This document shows positions 1 through 13,275 of a DNA stretch of 64,000 bases, in pieces. A program made the translations under genes and the position numbers. The notes beneath the pieces were generated by a model. It did no database searches, was not told where the DNA came from, and saw nothing but the letters and a program-made list of their open reading frames with translations. How positions within the stretch are numbered: position 1 is the first letter of the stretch; every line of letters starts with the position of its first letter. The stretch is from Lama guanicoe (taxonomy: Eukaryota). The stretch covers positions 5,073,220 to 5,137,219 of the forward strand of contig MU054323.1 in NCBI GenBank assembly GCA_013239625.1. Reading direction: 5' to 3'.

Positions 1-3000
1 TGTGGTTAAGTCTAATATATTAAAAATGCTACCTTGGAAGAAAAAGAGCATACTGTTTTGCTCTTAAGGAATGCCAGTCAACAGTATTTATAAGGGCAGA
101 GAGCATTAGATTCCGCAGACTTCTTAAACCTCTTCAGTTTAATTATAAGCCCTTTGATGTTTAAGATACATTAAAAAAGCCCTTTGAACCCATGTATTTG
201 TTTTTTTGCTGCACGATCTAAAAGTTTTCTAGTCTTCCCTTCACTTACAGAGCCGCAAGCATACGACGGTGATGAACACAGGGCACCTAATGGCACGTAA
301 GCCCATATTTCTAATAAAATTCTAACGTGCCCCTCTACACAGTGCTTCAAGCCTAACCGGCTGCCTTTCAGCCTCTCCTGCCTATGCAAATCCATTTGGC
401 CGAAACAACCTGAGAAAACCAGAATTATTTGCAGAATCACTGCAAAGGAGTTCAAGCATGGAAGAATCATTATTCATAATTTGCTGCCTATGGTAAAAAT
501 CAGTACCAGTCTGTTCATTTTCACTTACTTACTCACTTAATAAATCATCGAGGAGACATGATTTTCAACCTCCCCCAAGAAAGACGAAATTCTTTCAGAA
601 AATAATCACTCAATGATTTAAGCTGAAAATATAAATGTAGTGCACACACTACATAGAAATCTGTCAGCTATATAAATCTTACGCGTGTCCTCCTCCTCGT
701 CTGTGGTATGACAATGCTAAGACACCAAAGGATGTTTATCAGCAAGATTTTTCAAATTGCTCAATGTCAAAATTTCTCATAGACATTTTCAAAACTTAAA
801 TAAGTTGGATATAAACTCCACCCTGGTTGAGTCAATTTGGGAAAATGGACTTTAAAAAAAAAACAACAAACTCTGGATAAGAACAGATTTCTGGTGGGGT
901 CTTTTTAAAAATCAGGTTGAAAACACAAAAAAGCAGAAAATCAGAAAATTAAAGGAAGAATTAAAATAAGGAGGAGAAAAGGTAAAGGGTAACATTTTTT
1001 TTTTTTTTTTACAAACTATGGTAGGGGACTTAGACACAAATGATGAAAGCAAGGAAATGTGTGTGTGAATGACGACTGTTGAATCTGTATCAATCACCGT
1101 GTGCTAGGCTACACTGTGTTAACAAACAGCTTCTAATCTCAGAGGCTTATGAGGATAAAGGTTTATTTCTTACCTTCACTGGCTGGGATCCAGGCTGATA
1201 CCACAGCTTGCCTGCACCTGGGACATGTGTTCTCACTGCACAGGGAAAGAAACAATGGTGGAATCGTGGGGTGGCTCTTTAAACTTCTCAGATGTGGCTT
1301 CCATCACTTCTGCTGGCCTTGCATTGGCCAAAGTTACAAGGCCAAGCTTGACATCAGTGGGAGGCAGAAAACATTCTCCACAGGGAGGGGCCCTGCAATG
1401 ACAAATGTGAGAGAATGGCAGCAAAGATTAGGGAATAATACAATATACCACAACTTCTTACAATACCCTTGATCCACATCAGATGGAAATTTCCAGATAA
1501 ACTTAACTTCAATCAAGGATAAGTTGTCTCAGTGGAACCTTAGTAAAGGAATTTAATTATAGAGTAATTTTTTTACAACTATTGTAAAAGGACCAATTTT
1601 TTTATCACATAGTTGGCACCCCAGTGTTTATGATCATACCAGTTCATGTTCATGGTTGAGATAGACATTATAGTAAGGATTAGAACTGATTGCTTCCTGT
1701 CTAAGTTTATTTTTCTTATTTCACTGTCTGTGGCTGGGGCTTTAAGGGGATTGTAGACATTGTTCTTTTCTTTCTTCCCTGAGATTGGAACCAGTTATGC
1801 AGCATACAAGACAGAAAATGGAGAGGAAAATATTAGCTGCATTTATGGTAAAAAACAGTTGTGCAATATAACATTAGATCTGCCAATAAAACAGCATGTT
1901 AATACTCAATACCCTTATATTAAACAGACTTTTCCATCATTAACTGGCAAAACTAGAAAACTTCTAGCCTCTAATAATGGAAACAGCACTTCCCTACATG
2001 GCTTAATACAAATCCAATCTTTCTCTGCAAGTAGACCAATCTGAAAGAGGAGAGAGAAAAAGTGGTAGGCTTTATTTAGTAAAGCATGCTCAACTACTTC
2101 TTCCAAAGTCATCAATCAAATAATTTAGGCCTCCTGCAAGGCAAAGAATTTAGATAAAATAAAAGGAAAACATGAAGAGTGTACAATAACTATTCCCCCC
2201 AATACTGTCCAGCTTTCCAGTCTCTTAAACTGTTGATCTTATACATTATGTCTATGGCCAAGTAAGGGTAGAATTACTCTCTACTTCCATCTTTATGAGG
2301 ATGCTTTCACAAAACCAAGTATACTGTTTTGTATTTCTTGGAATAATGGGTGAGGAGTTTAGATTTTTCTGCAGAATGCTCTGAAATTAGCGAGAACAAT
2401 ACATTAATTCATTCTAAAACCTTTCTATACTTAAGGGGAAAAAAATCCTTCCTACCTGCATTATGTCAGTAGTCAACTAGAGCCTGGGATGTCTTTCATT
2501 GGAAAGATTATTATTTTTTCAGGACCACATAAGTTGCATTGGTTCAAAAACACCATTATATGCCCTTCATGTTAAACAATCCAAAGAATTTCCGTCTGTC
2601 ACAGCACACGTAGCCTACAGGCCATACCTAACTCTAAAGGAATTACCTAAAGCCAAGTTATGGCCCCAGAATCCAGAACCTAGCACTGCAGGAGTCCCTT
2701 ACCAGGGTGACAAAAGCAGATCATAATGCCACCTATAGCAGGGAGATCCAAAGGAAGAGAAAGGAATGAGCTAAGCCGAGCATGGTGAAGTCTTTCTCCC
2801 AAATTCATCAGGCAGATAACATACTCCTCCTCTTATATGGATAAGGGATGCAGAGAAAAACCAGGAGTGTCAGTGTAGCTGAAGACCTTCCACATAATGA
2901 CATGAGAAGTCCTAATACAGAGACATACTGCATTGACCATACCTGCTCTTTACAAAAGCAACATAGAGAGATGTTGTTTTCATCTCCATATCTTCCTGAT

Positions 3001-6000
3001 GTCTAAAGAATTCTTCGGGATCTGCCCCCAAAGGTCCTTTGCAAGGTGCTACCTCTCTAACCATAAGTTCAAAGATTACAGATAATACAATGCAGTCTGT
3101 AATTAATTAAGACCAGACAATCACTGAGCTAAGTAATTCTTTTTGGTTCAGTAAAGGCTACTAAGTTAGCAGGATAATTCAAGTGGAAGTCGGAAGAAAT
3201 TAAGTGTAAACCATGTTTATAAACACCACCTCCTTTAATAAATAATCTTCAATAAATTACATTAGAAATGTTTGGTATATAATAGGTTTACCTATCAGGG
3301 TCAAAAATGATCTTTATTCATATGGCAAAGTCTTAGATAGCCAATATAAAAGGAAGTATTAAAAATAATAAAAAAGAAGAATGAAATTACTTTACTTGTA
3401 ATGATTAATTCCCCTTTGACCATAACTTATGCACTGATATTAATTATCATAGGCTGAGAAAGGCCTCAAAAAAGATGTCAAGGACCATCTAGTCTTGAAG
3501 GTCATTTATTCCAGCTTATAGGCGTTTACATTTTCTCTATTATATTTCTGCTTCCTCCATTACATCTTCGCTGAAGTCGTCCAGACCATTCTATGCTTCC
3601 ATGAGTAACAGAAGATCCGGTGAATCTCATCTAACATGCTGAGTAAATATGTGTGTATCTAAATCTTATTCACGTTGCAAGATTTACCGTGTATCTATTA
3701 CAAGAAAGTTTCCCAAAGTCACACAAATTTATGACGAGACATTCATACCAAAAAATTGCATGACTAGACATCACTATAAATTTATACATCTTGTCATATA
3801 AAAATGTGAGCACTGTATGGCCATAATATATACTATGGATATTTTCAAAATGATTTGAGGTGATTTATAATAAAGTCGCTTTTAAAATAGAATAATGAGA
3901 TGTAAGTATTCTAGAAAACATTTGGAAACTCAATAATCATCAAGACCAATTAAATACTGCTTTACTGAACTGTAGATATCTGTGTGTCTTTGACCATAAG
4001 ACAACAAGATGGCAAAGCTAACAGTCATTTTATGCAAATAAGAGGCTCAGATTTCTTTTCCTGGCTAGTTATGGAAGCATCCTATCACCATGTTGTACTT
4101 ACAGGGAGACATTTTTCCCCCAAAGTTGTTCTTGTCCAAGTATGTAATTTTCAGTTCTTCATCGTAGGGCAGGGATGAACAACAAAGTCTGGACATCTTT
4201 TTTTTTTTTTAAAGCAAGTTAACTATCTGCCATCTCAGAATGGCTTTTACAGAGCATATGAATTTTGACTGTATCTTTTTTCCCCCAGAATGAAGCATTA
4301 CAAAATAAATCCCTAGTAGATATTTGGTAGAATTCACAATTTGCTCATTTTAAAGCTGGGGAGAGATAAACAAAAATAAATTTCATCATTTTGGTCTACC
4401 CGAAATATTTAAAAAATAATTGAATATGCTGTCATTCTATTTTTTATAGTCATAACCAGACGATTAAGGTAAGTTCTGCAAAGTATGCTATTAATACTAG
4501 ATAATCTATCAAATTAATATTTGTTGATATTTATAGCCCCTATGTAAGGAGTTGGATCCATAAAAGTAGATTGGATAAGGCCAAAGGTCTAATAAGATAA
4601 AAAAAAAGTGAAATATATAATCATAATACACTGTGCTCAATGCTTAGATAATGGTACACACAGTGAGGTTATGAATGGTCCATTGGAGGATTCTTGATTT
4701 TCTTTGTCTTGACAGATGACTGTGCTTGCAACTCAGCTGAAAACTGAGTTTATTATTTGAGAACATGTTAATGCATTAGGGATTTGGAGGAAAATCTCTG
4801 CTATATTACTTTATAACTGTCTAAATATAATCAATGTACTATTTATTCTCAGCCTGGTTCTGAGTTATATAAATATACAATTGCTAAAGGCCATAGTATG
4901 CACTTTCCTTCAATTTGGCTTCAGGCTAGATATTCTTTCAATAACTACTACACAGAAATATGTATCTAGCAAACATAGTATATATATCATATATATCAAA
5001 TATTGATTATATGGTGGGTGAGCTTTCTACAGTATTTAGATATTCACTATCATTTTCTACTATTTTTGTTTTCAATTCACCTTCAAGTACCTACAAGGAA
5101 CATCGTGACAATCAAAAGCTCATTAAGCGATTGAATATGGATTATGTAAGTTCCAAAGCAGAATATTAATTAGATGGGTGTTTTTTAAAACAGATTTGCC
5201 TTCTAAAAAAATTTAATCACTTAGAGGATTCTGCATGATGTCTGTTAACTTTTAAAATGTCCTTCTAGAGCAATAAAAAGTAAGACTTAGAAGTTAGCAA
5301 TGTCCAAAGAGTTGCACCATTCTTCAGGCCTGCTCCAAAGATTTACACTTCAGATTAACTGTTAGGTATTTATTTCAACCAATAGCATTTATCAGCTAGA
5401 ACAAGGGCATTATTATCCCCAAGCAATCCACAGTCCTCCTGCATCACTATGAGACCTATAGGATCACTGAACAGCAAAGTCCAGACCCATGACCTTGGCC
5501 TCACCATTAGCCTTGAACTTTCGGGCAAGCCTCTGACGTATGACTGGTCCTATGCTAGCCAGGGAGCTGGGTGAGAGATGACATCATGCCTATTTTGACG
5601 GAGCGTATATCCTTGATTCCTCTTCCCCCACCTTTTTAACATTAAAGTAATCATCACAGTTCCTTGAATAATTGTCTTAAAACTTTCTTCCATAAAGGAA
5701 TTCTATCATTGAAACTTCTGCTTCCTTACAGCATGGTCCACCTGAAATATGTTTAGCCAAAATTACTGAGTAGTCATATTCATGAAAAAGTGAATGATTG
5801 AATTCAACCACTGTGATACATTGGCAGTTCTCCTCAATTTCTCAGTCAAATTGTGGATGCCTCCTCCCTTGAAAGCTATAGCCTTCTAGATACAAGATTT
5901 ACTTGAGTATACAAATAATTATAAAAGAAGAGCAAATGGTTCATTAATTTACCAAGTTAATATTAGCCTATGTTGGTCTCCAGCCAAAAAACACTGACGA

Positions 6001-8249
6001 GTAGTAGGTGGTTATAAAATAAGCTTTCCTATGTCCAAATGACATCTATATTCTATTAAGGGCTTAGAGCCGCTCTGGTGTGCTAGCAAACAAGACTATC
6101 ATCCACAAGATCTGAGATGCGACAAACGATAATGAGCTAAAGCTCTGCTCCATCCTCACATTCAGTGTGGGGATCTTTCGGGATAAAAAGGCTATTAAAG
6201 CCCAGAGATGTCACAGCCATCAAGGCGTCAATATAAAAGTCATTTATTTTTAAGGCGCTTTACTTCATATGTTAACCTTTCCAGAGTTAGGTTCTAAACT
6301 CTCCAGGATCAATTAGAATTAATCCAAAGCATAATATTCGACCACACTTCCCTTTTATTTATTTATTTTCAATTCTCTGGCCAGAAACAGACTGGGCATG
6401 CTGAGTCTGCTGTTGAATAGCCCTCTATAAAGAATCACATTTCCTGCCTGTGGTCATTACACAATGCAAATATTTTCCTTGAGAATCCTACAATCCATCA
6501 TGCTAAATAGGAAAATGATATGACCTTAGTGTGGTCAACTGTAAGTTCCAGGAAGAAAGCTCATTGGTTTCTTGATGAGTCAGGACCAGTGAGTTGGAGA
6601 GGAGTGACGCCCTCCACCTCCATCTGCTCTGGCTTCTTTCCACTAGGGATTAATTGACTTGAACTGAATTAGCAGGTACTCTCCACGCAATTGCTTGATG
6701 AGTTGACGATGATCTCAGTTCAACCACTGATTGGCTTGTTGGAATGCCTAGGTGAGGTGATAATTGTTTTGGAAACCTGAACTTCAAACTAAATTTCTGC
6801 TGACAACGCAGTAGTCACAGAACTTAATCAGGGAAAACCTGTGCCCTTTATTTGCTGCTCTAGGAAGCACCTCGAAAGACCAGGTCTACTTTGATGCATA
6901 GGCTTTCAACACTGATGGCATCTCTGTCCTTTTTTTCCTCCTCAGAAAGACAAGGAGGGTTAAAAATATCATGTAAAGAATGTATAGCAGATTTTTGAAT
7001 CAACAACTGTGGAAAAAACAATGTGAATAACCAAATTAAGATGTGACAGTTGAGAAATTGGAAACAAGTTATTAGGGAGCCTTGCACACTTGAGGTTCCT
7101 AAAAGGTTCTTAAAATAGAATTAATCCTTACAAGCCACTAATGTTTCTGTACTAGATTAATGCTACTATTCACAGAGGCTGATCATCCCCAAGGAAGTTC
7201 ACAGTACATCAAACTAACACTGTTCACTAAAGGGCAATTATATTTGGTAGAAATAATCCCCTTGAAAGTAGAAAAAGAAAAGAAAATCAATCACTTGATG
7301 ATTTAATGGACTATCCAACAGCAATGCTAACCATTACCAAATATGAACTACTCTGGTAATTATTAGAACATACTTATTATGGAAAAAAAAAACACTCAGA
7401 CTTTGGACCACTTTAAATTCCAGCCCATTAAAATTTAATCCATATTGTCTATACAAACAAAAATCAGCAATTTGGGAAATTTACCACAAATTCAAGATAT
7501 CCATCAATCACTTGATTATTCAGCCATTTAAGAAATATTTATTTATTGCCTTTAATATGCTAGACACTTAGACTCTTTTATACATATAAAAAAGTTCTTT
7601 TTAAATAGAGATGTACTTTCCTCTGATTAATGCCTGTCTCCATATGGCAGTTAAATCATACGGTAACAAATTCGTAAATATGTTGAATGGAATGAAGAAA
7701 TTGTATCAAAACATACTCTTTTACGTCTATTAAGATCTTAGCCGTATCTTTTGTCTCCCTTCATGTTTTTCCTATCCCCAAGGCTTTACCTAACACATCT
7801 TATGCTGAAACATGGTCTTCACTCGCTGTTTTTACACCCTGGCTTTGCTACCCTTCCGCCTAGAAGATTCAGCATTTCCGTCGTGCCATCTATAGGCTCT
7901 GTGTCAAGTTCAAGTAATAGTAGCAGATATTCTCAGGCACAGCTCATCTCTCCTGTTTTGGGCCTCTCGTGGCATCATATGCATATTTCTGCTCTGGCAC
8001 TTTTCATGGTTTTTCAGAGCTCAAAACTTACAAATGGTCCTTCCCCTCCCAAGACCTGGAGATTCTTGAAAGAGAAGAATACATCTTTCTCTAGCCCAGA
8101 GACAGAAAACTATGTAGGAAATTTGAATTAATAGACATTAGTCCCGAAAGTTACAAATTCATCTGGAAAGGATTTGATCATCCCTCCCTGATGATTTGAA
8201 TTAGCCGAGTTTTTGCAAGCCATCTTCTCTTTCTGTGAAGGTGTTGCAG

Positions 8250-8440
8250 GATAATTAGTGGTTAATTAGTGGATGTGGAGCTCCAGATCGAGCTATGCCC
8301 CGTATCCACATGAATGCCTGTGGAGAAACCCATTAAGCTCCTTAAGGCTCAGGTTCCCCGTGGGAAAATGGTGATAATAACAAAACCCATTTAATGGTAC
8401 TTTTGTAAGAATTAAATGAGTTTAGTATATAAAGAGCAAA
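8250..8440 (+). mobile_element. MIR SINE (degenerate)
   Basis: Contains MIR core-like 'ctcaggttccccgtgggaaaatggtgataataac...gtaagaattaaatgag'. Edges approximate. Confidence 0.7.
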
Positions 8441-9628
8441 CTGTAAGTATAAAAAGAATATACTCTTACTAGACTGGAACTCATGAGTACCCCGAAGAAT
8501 ACTGAAAAATGTAAAGACATCTTAGTGGGTTTCGAGGCTATCAATAAATACTTCTTTGACAATTATCTGTAGTACTTAAGACGTGTGCAAAACTTCTTTT
8601 CCCTTCTCTTTCACAATGGAAATAGTTTGGATTCTCCACAGTTTGAGAGAATACAAAAACCAAGGCCCAGTTGGAGATTATATATTCCATATCAGGGTTT
8701 CCCCCTTCATTTCTATTGACTATCCTTATTTCTATCTCAGGTAAAGGATGTTCCCACCAGTAACCTTTTAAGCTATAGCTGCAAAATCAAAGGCAGGACT
8801 ACATTCACAGCCCTGGACAATACACTCATGGTATCCAGTGATAACTGAAACTCACAGCTAGTTCCCCAGGCCTGGGCAGGTTTCGCCTGACTCTCCACAG
8901 CTAGACACCCTGGCTTCTTTCCACAAAACGGTGAAGTTTTAGCAACAAGAAGAATATTTATTATTCATAATGAGCAATAGCAGTAAAGCGATTTTTATTT
9001 ATTTTTATTTCCAACACAATTCCTAGATCTATTATTGATGTGCAGAAACTGCAGGGACAGTTCAATAACATGGCCAAGAAGAAAACCCAAGTTATCCTAG
9101 AATTAGGTACAAAAGACACAAACAATGCTCCAATACGTAAGTAAATCTCCCTTCTTCAGTATTAAATCTTGTTTCAACATTTCCACAGTCACAGAAAACT
9201 TGAGTGTTCTTGGAAAGAATTCTGTGCCCAAAGAGGTTTTAAATGTTGTTTTCTTTTATGCTGGGGGTCATTTGTCTGGTTCTAGCAATACACAGCTCTC
9301 TTCAGTGTTAAGAACCTTGATTTATGCCTGTGCATAAATCCCCTCCCTCATTTTCCTATCGAGGAAAGCCTGGTAGGAAATAGAACACACTTTGATTAAT
9401 AGTGCTTTGATAGTTATTACTTCTTTGCATATGAGGAAGCTTGCTAGCTGCCTCTTAGTTGCAAATTAGAAAATGCTACTTCACTCATCCAGTCCTGTCT
9501 ATGGTCTCTGAGGCCATTTAGTCCTAGTTAATTAACGTGAATGAACGTCTGCTCTTTTCCTGGCGCTGTACCCTGTGAGGGTAAAAACAGGAACGAGCGT
9601 GGTGCCTGACCTCGAAGAGCTTACAGAA

Positions 9629-9943
9629 CAGTCCCCCCTCCAGCATCTGCAGGGGATTGGTTCCAGGACCCAGACGTAAGCCAAAACTCTCAGGTGCCCA
9701 AGCCCCTTACATAAAATGTCATAGTGCTTGCAGATAACCTATGCACAGCCGCCTGTATACTTTAAATCATCTCTAGGTTACGCATCATCTTTAATACAAT
9801 GTAAATGCTATGTAAATAGTTGTAAATACCATGTAAATCCTATGTAAATAGTTTCCTGCATGTGGCAAATTCAAGTTTGCTTTTTGGAGCTTTGTGGAGC
9901 TATTTTAGAGTATTTTCAGTCTGCAGACATGGAAGGCCAACTG
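9629..9943 (+). mobile_element. MER2/MER2B-like non-autonomous Tigger (TcMar) DNA transposon
   Basis: Starts cagtcccccctccagcatctgcaggggattggttccaggaccc, contains 'tatactttaaatcatctctag...aatacaatgtaaatgctatgtaaatagtt', and ends gcagacatggaaggccaactg. The termini are degenerate inverted repeats matching the recalled MER2 consensus. It follows an L2-like fragment (~9530-9628). Confidence 0.85.
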
Positions 9944-10699
9944 CACAGCCAGGCGCAGACACAGAAGTGAGAATGCGATTCAAGTGTTGCTTCCATACCC
10001 TGTACAGAGGGCAGGGACCGGACGAGGCACAACAGAGGAAGAAGTAAGTTCTATTAGGAATGGGAGTTTGTGAAATGGACAACCAGTACCCGGCAGCAGC
10101 AGTCTGAGATATAAATGTGGTCATAGTAATAAATTAATCTCCCTAAACTTCTGATGTAAAAGCTCCCCATTGACGTCTCAGGTGTTTCTGGGAGTCCCCA
10201 GGTCACGTCTCCTGTGCTCCCAATGTTTCTTTTATTTGTTCTGATCCCACTTTCCTGTTGATGCTCGCTGTTTACAAACCAGTGAAGGGATTTCCTCTTC
10301 ACTGACCTAGAGCCTTCTGCTTTCCTGCCAGATTGCCAAACCCGACGCCACCGGGGTGCCAAACAGCAGCGTGATCCCTTCAGGCCCCACGCTGCAGGAG
10401 ACACACTGGGATTGCGTCCTTTTCCAGTCTCCTCAGGGTTGCATTTTCTCAGCAGCTTCTGAAGCACTACTTACTGCTTGTGCAGGATTTGCACCATGTC
10501 CTGCATGATTTTTTTCCCTTTGGGTTTCACCTGCAGCCTCTCCTTCTTATGGATTCAATAGTAGACACTGGCTGTGACACACACTCTCTATAATTTCTAG
10601 ACATCTGAGCATCAAGTTTTTCCCTGTTGAGTCTTTTCAGCAACCCTCCTATCCCATGATTGTGAATGACAGTCATGGAGGTCACCTGGGGAATGTTAG

Positions 10700-11530
10700 C
10701 TCACCGGTTCATGAAAAGAGCCATTTAGGCTTAATCCTTGCTATAACTCCTGGAAGAGATAAAGCCTGAATTTGAACTCAGTAACCAGGCAGGAAAGGTG
10801 GAGAAGCCATCCCAGGAAGAGGGAACTGCCTGGGCACAGCAAATAACGCGAATCAGGCCAGTTTCGTTTCGCCCAGTGGGAAGAGCAGTGTGGCCGGAGA
10901 GAGCAGGACCAGATCACCGAGAGCCCTGAGCGCTTCGATTGGAAACAAGAACTCACTTACGCTGACATTAGGGAACCGTTAGTCCATTTTACCTGAAGGA
11001 AATAACACAGTCTTAGCTGCACAAGGTGGTTACTGTGATCTCTAAAAACAGGAAGGGAGAAGTGGAGGCTAAAAACACTAGACGGAGATATAGCGTTTGG
11101 GAGACAACTGTGACCATTTATGATGCAGGAAATCCTACAATGCAGCGATGGCTCTGGGGTAGCCATAAGAAATCCTAAAAGGATACAGACATTTAGGGGA
11201 TGGTCAAAACCGCCAGATTTTGAGGTGGTATAACATCAAAGGTGTCAGTTCCATTTAACCGAAACAGGAAGTTGGGCTAGAAAAGCAGGTCTGAGGGTAA
11301 AGTTGGGCAGAGGTGAGAATACTAAGCATGTTGCAGACATGCTGAGCTTGTGAACCCTGGGCTACGTCGTAAAGGGAGAGCCTGAGTTTGGATGTCTTAA
11401 GCTGGATCCCAGGAGGCCGTTGAGTTGAAGATGGAGATTTGAGTCGTCAGTACGTAGACAATGGTTTAAATCACATCAGTAGGTGAGACTGCAAAGCTAT
11501 TCAAAGCTTGAGTAAAAGAAGTGAGGACCA
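10700..11530 (-). mobile_element. L2 LINE fragment
   Basis: Purine-rich antisense-L2-like blocks ('catcccaggaagagggaactgcctgggcacagc', 'catgctgagcttgtga', 'gatggagattt...gtcgtcagtacgtagacaatggtttaaatcac'). Confidence 0.6.
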
Positions 11531-13194
11531 AAGAGGAGCACAGGAGCCCAAAATAATTTATAACGCATATTTGCTAGACTAGTGCACGGTCCTGAAAATA
11601 TTTTGTCCTATGTTCTCTGCCTTACTCATATGATTCAGTCTTAGACCTAATGGTTTACATGCTTTTGATTTTTCTTTCTCTTTTTAAAAATTTTCATTTT
11701 TCTGTTTTGTTTTTTTTTTTTGCCATTATCCTTTTTCACAAAGAGGCCAAAGTGTCAAACCTAATGATGAATAGTGCCACTTTGCAACAGTGAGTGAGTA
11801 GGTGTTTGTATCAACTTGATAGCATGGTTTATTGATAACAGCAAGCTTAATGGTTTAAGAGGCCCTTGCCAAGATCCATCCTAGGTCCCTGGTTCTAAGG
11901 TGCTCAATACACACAATTAGCAGTTCCTGATCCAAGAGATGAATTGTATCCAGTATAGCCCGGAGGAGGGAAGAATCTGGAACTCAGGCCAGGCCTCTAA
12001 GAATCTTTGCTTTGGGGCAGCCTTTAACTGCAATGCAACATATCCTTATTTTAATGCTGTTTCTAAAGCATATCCTTTTCCTCTAATAAACCATAGATTT
12101 TTAAGCTGTCATTTTGGATCCTGAAAGTCTTCTTTAGAAATTGAACACCGTCTGCCATCATCATTAGTGCAGTGCCTCTGAACCAAATTAATTAAGTAGT
12201 TAGATCCAAATAACCATAGTCATTTATTAACAACTCCATAGCCATTTTAAAATATTCATATGTTAAAAGAACAAACATTTTATTTCATTTGTAAATAACT
12301 AAAATTATTCATTTATGGGCTGTGTGCACTGAGGACACTGTACAACTTCTCAGACCTTGGAATCAGACTGGGCACTGTTACCCCATTTCCTGTTCCAGGA
12401 TGCTTTTCACACCATGTTTTCTTGTTACCATAGCAACCTGCTAAAGCCCAGTCATAAGAACATGACATCATCTAGAGGAAAGTCGCTCAATCTAACATCG
12501 AAACTGCAGACTTGTTTGAGGCAGTGGTTTGGGCCATGTCCAACAAACAGTGCTGTTTCACTCAAACGTTAAAACTATCACACAATGCCCACGTGACTTT
12601 GCTGCAGCGCTCTGGAATTCAGCACACATTACAGGTGTCACAGATACAAAAGAATGATCCTAAACAAATCCCTTATTTATAGAGGGTCTTCCTGTAATAG
12701 TCAACAGTTATGGCTTGGAGGCAGCAAGGTGATAGGGGTGGGGTGGGAAACACTATTTATTTTTAAAAAGATCCTAGTATTTATCTTCTAGAGAAAAAGA
12801 AAAAAAAAGGTGGCTAAAGTCAGAAACTTAGATACACCTGAAAAAGAACTTTTCTCATCAACAAGCAGTCTTGCTACCTAAATAAAACAATGTTATTTCC
12901 TTGTATTTTTTGCTCAGGAAAGCCTGTGGGTAGTCTCTTCACAATGCTTTGGTAGGAGAAAGAAGCCAAATTTATGAGAACAGGTGTTTTCAGCAGGAGA
13001 GAGGCATATTCCAACAGATAGGGGTTTCTCTTTGTGAAAATTTACCTTTGAAGATGGAGAAGGTAGTTTTCGGTCTATAGATTTCTGATCTTTGAAAAAA
13101 ATCAATGGAGAAACTTTCTGAATGAGATTCTTTATTACATATTGCATGCCTAGTTCTTGCACTCTGCTGCTTCTAAGAATGGCTATCAACTTTG

Positions 13195-13275
13195 TCTGTT
13201 CATTCATTCACTCATTCAGTCATCAAACATTCATTGATGATCAGCTCTGTGCCAGGTGTACTATTCTAGACACTG
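13195..13275 (-). mobile_element. L2 3' end
   Basis: 'ttcattcattcactcattcagtcatcaaacattcattgatgatcagctctgtgccaggtgtactattctagacactg' is a typical antisense L2 tail. Confidence 0.75.

Noticed and set aside
218..1967. Imperfect inverted match (peptide GKTRKLL on both strands): 218-236 vs 1949-1967
   Set aside because: It is only 17/19 in AT-rich sequence, and a rough estimate gives tens of such matches by chance in 64 kb.
9795..9855. Tandem duplication of atgtaaatgctatgtaaatagtt
   Set aside because: It lies inside the MER2-like element and, as I recall, is part of the family consensus.
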